Assembly: GCA_028864885.1 (NCBI GenBank)
Contig: JAGWLR010000002.1
Coordinates: forward strand, 39,171-103,170
Length of the DNA: 64,000 nucleotides
Direction of reading: 5' to 3'
From: Burkholderiales bacterium
GTDB lineage: Bacteria; Pseudomonadota; Gammaproteobacteria; Burkholderiales; Burkholderiaceae_C
Positions 59,281 to 64,000 of the stretch are shown one piece after another. Numbering within the stretch: position 1 is the first letter of the stretch; every line of letters begins with the position of its first letter. The translations under genes were made by a program, and so were the position numbers. The notes beneath the pieces are model-generated. The model was given only the letters and a program-made list of their open reading frames with translations. It was not told the DNA's origin and ran no database searches.

Positions 59281-60834
59281 ATGCAACTGAATCCCGCAGA
59301 AATTTCCGAACTGATCAAGAGCCGCATCGAAGGTCTCGGCGCGGCTGCCGACATTCGCAACCAAGGTACCGTCATCTCCGTGACCGACGGTATCGTCCGC
59401 ATCCACGGCTTGTCCGACGCGATGCAAGGCGAAATGTTGGAATTCCCCGCTGACGCTTCTGGCGTCCCGACCTACGGTCTGGCTCTGAACCTGGAGCGTG
59501 ACTCCGTCGGTGCCGTGATCCTGGGCTCTTACGAGCACATCTCTGAAGGCGACACGGTCAAGTGCACCGGTCGCATTCTGGAAGTGCCCGTGGGCCCCGA
59601 ACTGGTGGGGCGCGTGGTGAACGCCTTGGGTCAGCCCATCGACGGCAAAGGCCCGATCAACGCCAAGCTGTCTTCTCCTATCGAGAAGATCGCCCCTGGT
59701 GTGATCGCCCGTCAATCCGTGGATCAACCCCTGCAGACCGGCATCAAGTCCATCGACTCGATGGTGCCCGTCGGCCGTGGCCAGCGCGAGTTGATCATCG
59801 GTGACCGTCAGACCGGCAAGACCGCTGTCGCCATCGACGCCATCATCAACCAGAAGGGTCAAGGCGTGACCTGTATCTACGTTGCCATCGGTCAGAAGGC
59901 ATCGTCGATCAAGAACGTCGTGCGCGCTCTGGAACAAGCTGGCGCCATGGAATACACCATCGTCGTCGCCGCTTCGGCCTCTGACTCGGCTGCCATGCAG
60001 TTCGTGTCGGCCTACTCCGGCTGCGCCATGGGTGAGTATTTCCGCGATCGTGGCCAAGACGCCCTGATCGTGTATGACGATCTGTCCAAGCAAGCTGTGG
60101 CCTATCGTCAAGTGTCGCTGCTGCTGCGCCGTCCTCCCGGCCGCGAAGCTTTCCCTGGCGACGTGTTCTACATCCACTCCCGCCTGCTGGAGCGTGCTGC
60201 TCGCGTGAACGCCGACTATGTCGAAGCTTTCACCAACGGCGAAGTGAAGGGCAAGACCGGTTCCTTGACCGCCCTGCCCATCATTGAAACCCAGGCTGGT
60301 GACGTTTCCGCTTTCGTTCCGACCAACGTGATTTCGATTACTGACGGTCAGATCTTCCTGGAAACCAACCTGTTCAACGCTGGTATCCGTCCTGCGATCA
60401 ACGCCGGTATCTCGGTGTCCCGCGTGGGTGGTGCCGCTCAGACCAAGGTCATCAAGAGCCTGTCCGGCGGTATCCGTACCGATTTGGCTCAGTACCGTGA
60501 ACTGGCAGCCTTTGCGCAGTTCGCCTCCGATCTGGATGCTGCAACCCGCAAGCAGTTGGACCGCGGTGCTCGCGTGACTGAACTGCTGAAGCAAGCTCAG
60601 TATCAACCTCTGTCGATCTCCCTGATGGGCGCGACCCTGTTTGCCGTGAACAAGGGCTACATGGACGACGTCGAAGTCAAGAAGATCCTGGCCTTCGAAG
60701 CTGGTCTGCACCAGTTCCTGAAGACCAGCCACGCCGCGCTGCTGGCCAAGATCGAAGAGAAGAAGGCCCTGGACAAGGACGCCGAAGCTGAACTGCAATC
60801 GGCCATCGTCGCGTTCAAGAAGACCTTCGCCTAA
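59281..60834 (+). CDS. atpA: F0F1 ATP synthase subunit alpha
   Basis: Walker A GDRQTGKT. High identity to known alpha subunits throughout. Confidence 0.98.
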   Translation: MQLNPAEISELIKSRIEGLGAAADIRNQGTVISVTDGIVRIHGLSDAMQGEMLEFPADASGVPTYGLALNLERDSVGAVILGSYEHISEGDTVKCTGRILEVPVGPELVGRVVNALGQPIDGKGPINAKLSSPIEKIAPGVIARQSVDQPLQTGIKSIDSMVPVGRGQRELIIGDRQTGKTAVAIDAIINQKGQGVTCIYVAIGQKASSIKNVVRALEQAGAMEYTIVVAASASDSAAMQFVSAYSGCAMGEYFRDRGQDALIVYDDLSKQAVAYRQVSLLLRRPPGREAFPGDVFYIHSRLLERAARVNADYVEAFTNGEVKGKTGSLTALPIIETQAGDVSAFVPTNVISITDGQIFLETNLFNAGIRPAINAGISVSRVGGAAQTKVIKSLSGGIRTDLAQYRELAAFAQFASDLDAATRKQLDRGARVTELLKQAQYQPLSISLMGATLFAVNKGYMDDVEVKKILAFEAGLHQFLKTSHAALLAKIEEKKALDKDAEAELQSAIVAFKKTFA

Positions 60835-60845
60835 AGGAGCGCACC

Positions 60846-61712
60846 ATGGCCGTAGGCAAGGAAATACGCAACAAGATCAAGAGCGTCGAGAACACCAAGA
60901 AGATCACCAAGGCCATGGAAATGGTCGCGGCTTCGAAGATGCGCAAGGCGCAGGATCGCATGATTGCGGCTCGCCCCTACGCTGAAAAGGTGCGCAACAT
61001 CACGGCGAACTTGGCCAAGGCCAATCCCGAGTACGTCCACCCCTTCATGCAGCGCAATGCTGACGGCAAGAAGGTGGGCTTCATCGTGGTGAGCACAGAC
61101 AAGGGTCTGTGCGGTGGTTTGAACACGAACGTGCTGCGCGCCGTGACCAACAAGCTCCGCGAGCTTGAAGGTCAAGGCGTCAAAGCCGACGTGGTCTCCA
61201 TCGGCAACAAGGCTACGGGCTTTTTCAATCGGATCGGTGCCAATGTCGTCGCGCAAGTGGTCGGCATGGGCGACACCCCCCATCTGGAAAAGCTCATCGG
61301 CCCGGTCAAGGTGCTGCTCGACGCTTACGTCGCTGGCGAACTCAGTGCTGTCTATCTGTGCTTTACCCGTTTCATCAACACGATGAAGCAGGAGCCGATG
61401 GTCGAGCAGTTGTTGCCCCTCAAGGCCAACGAGTTCGAAGGCGAACAGACTCATGCATGGGAATACATCTATGAGCCTGACGCCAAGCTGGTGATCGACG
61501 AGCTGATGACCCGTTACGTTGAGGCGCTGGTTTACCAGGCTGTGGCAGAGAACATGGCTTCGGAGCAGTCGGCCCGCATGGTGGCCATGAAGGCCGCTAC
61601 CGACAATGCCGGCAACGTGATCAAGGAACTGAAGCTGGTCTACAACAAGACCCGTCAGGCTGCGATCACCACCGAACTGTCCGAGATCGTTGCCGGTGCG
61701 GCAGCGGTCTGA
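60846..61712 (+). CDS. atpG: F0F1 ATP synthase subunit gamma
   Basis: [26 protein letters not shown] and C-terminal [21 protein letters not shown]. Confidence 0.98.
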   Translation: MAVGKEIRNKIKSVENTKKITKAMEMVAASKMRKAQDRMIAARPYAEKVRNITANLAKANPEYVHPFMQRNADGKKVGFIVVSTDKGLCGGLNTNVLRAVTNKLRELEGQGVKADVVSIGNKATGFFNRIGANVVAQVVGMGDTPHLEKLIGPVKVLLDAYVAGELSAVYLCFTRFINTMKQEPMVEQLLPLKANEFEGEQTHAWEYIYEPDAKLVIDELMTRYVEALVYQAVAENMASEQSARMVAMKAATDNAGNVIKELKLVYNKTRQAAITTELSEIVAGAAAV

Positions 61713-61731
61713 TCCGAAGATTTTGAATTGA

Positions 61732-63162
<1,431 letters not shown>

Positions 63163-63224
63163 TCAGTGCCGGCGGATCACGGTGTGTCCGTGATCCGATT
63201 CGCTTGACCTAAAGAAAGAGCACT

Positions 63225-63641
63225 ATGTCTACCATTCACGTTGACGTTGTTTCGGCCGAAGAGTCTATCTTCTCGGGCGAAGCCACGCTGGTGTCTCTGC
63301 CAGGTGAGGTGGGTGAGTTGGGGATTCTTCCTCGTCACGCACCGTTGATCACACGCATCAAGCCGGGCGCCGTGCGCATCCAACGTGCCGACAACAACGA
63401 AGAGGAATTCGTCTTCGTGGCTGGCGGTATTCTGGAAGTGCAGCCGCACTGCGTGACCGTGCTGGCCGACACCGCTATCCGTGGTGCCGACCTGGACGAA
63501 GCCAAGGCCAACGAAGCCAAGCGTTTGGCTGAAGAGGCTGTTCAGAACGCCAAGGGTGATCTGGATCTGGCCAAGGCCCAAAGCGAACTGGCGGTCATGG
63601 TGGCCCAGTTGGCGGCCATCCAGCGCCTGCGCAAGAAGTGA
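63225..63641 (+). CDS. atpC: F0F1 ATP synthase subunit epsilon
   Basis: [17 protein letters not shown]...[16 protein letters not shown]. Confidence 0.95.
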   Translation: MSTIHVDVVSAEESIFSGEATLVSLPGEVGELGILPRHAPLITRIKPGAVRIQRADNNEEEFVFVAGGILEVQPHCVTVLADTAIRGADLDEAKANEAKRLAEEAVQNAKGDLDLAKAQSELAVMVAQLAAIQRLRKK

Positions 63642-63663
63642 TTCCATCGGCGTAAGCCAGAAG

Positions 63664-63693
63664 AAAAGCCGCTGCAGTGCAGCGGCTTTTTTT
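63664..63693 (+). terminator. intrinsic terminator of the atp operon
   Basis: GCCGCTG-CAGTG-CAGCGGC followed by T7 (63687-93). Confidence 0.85.
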
Positions 63694-63818
63694 ATGCGCA
63701 TTGCAATCCGACGGGCCACACAAGCTGCTGTTGATGGCCCCGCGATGCGTGCCTGAACGGCGTCAGGAGAGCTAGACTGTAGGGCTCCGTTCCCTGAATT
63801 CACTGGAGCCAGATTCCT

Positions 63819-64000
63819 ATGTCGACCGCGCGCAAGGTCGGGTCCTCTGCCTCACGCAAGAAGCCCGCCGCCATTAGCGAGAAGTCCAAGCCCTTGACCG
63901 TGCAGGACTATTTGCAGAAGATTTTGACCAGTCGCGTCTACGATGTGGCGATCGAAAGCCCGCTGGATGAAGCGCGCAATCTGTCTCGTCGGCTGGGCCA
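63819..64000 (+). CDS. ilvA: threonine ammonia-lyase, biosynthetic (5' end; runs off the right edge)
   Basis: DYLQKILTSRVYDVAIESPLDEARNLSRRLG matches the conserved IlvA N-terminus. Not in the ORF track because it is open-ended. Confidence 0.8.
   Translation, partial: MSTARKVGSSASRKKPAAISEKSKPLTVQDYLQKILTSRVYDVAIESPLDEARNLSRRLG

Overview
GC-rich chromosomal segment with strong G/C preference at codon position 3. Protein signatures (AtpE, Pal, MreB, GatCAB) look betaproteobacterial, Burkholderiales-like. About 65 genes are tightly packed, and many neighbours overlap by 4 bp (ATGA). I found no rRNA, tRNA, CRISPR array, transposase, integrase or phage genes.

The housekeeping backbone consists of:
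- a cytochrome bd operon (cydP-like, cydA, cydB, cydX, ybgE; about 4.9-8.2 kb)
- xthA and pyrE
- gatCAB (37.5-40.8 kb)
- mreBCD-mrdA-rodA (41.1-46.9 kb)
- coq7, osmC, rep, rlpA, hemE
- the complete atpIBEFHAGDC operon (56.3-63.6 kb)
- the 5' end of ilvA

Accessory and metabolic modules are interspersed:
- a PucR regulator with a Baeyer-Villiger monooxygenase, an esterase and a metal hydrolase (0-4.2 kb)
- a Cys-rich PAS sigma-54 activator next to a Pal-like lipoprotein and an 830-aa orphan secreted protein (8.4-13 kb)
- a PchB-like/DinB/hydrolase operon
- a repeat-bearing beta-lactamase-fold protein
- an AraC gene coupled to a His-tailed DMT transporter, divergent from a reductase-alkB-porin-mini-PBP cluster (17.9-24 kb)
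- a P-type ATPase
- the O2-independent ubiquinone genes ubiU-ubiV-ubiT (27.4-29.8 kb)
- a MacB-type efflux pump with a DUF6160-like protein and a small outer-membrane barrel (29.9-34.4 kb)

The most interesting non-obvious signals are:
- a promoter plus CU-rich hairpin plus terminator that looks like an unannotated sRNA (48.14-48.29 kb)
- an 11-nt motif, CGATTGTC(A/G)AT, recurring in three promoter regions that link the alkB and efflux clusters
- small cyd-operon ORFs below the ORF-track cutoff
- an AlkB paired with a XylA-type reductase rather than rubredoxin

All calls rest on reading the sequence and on remembered family motifs. No database search or computation was run.
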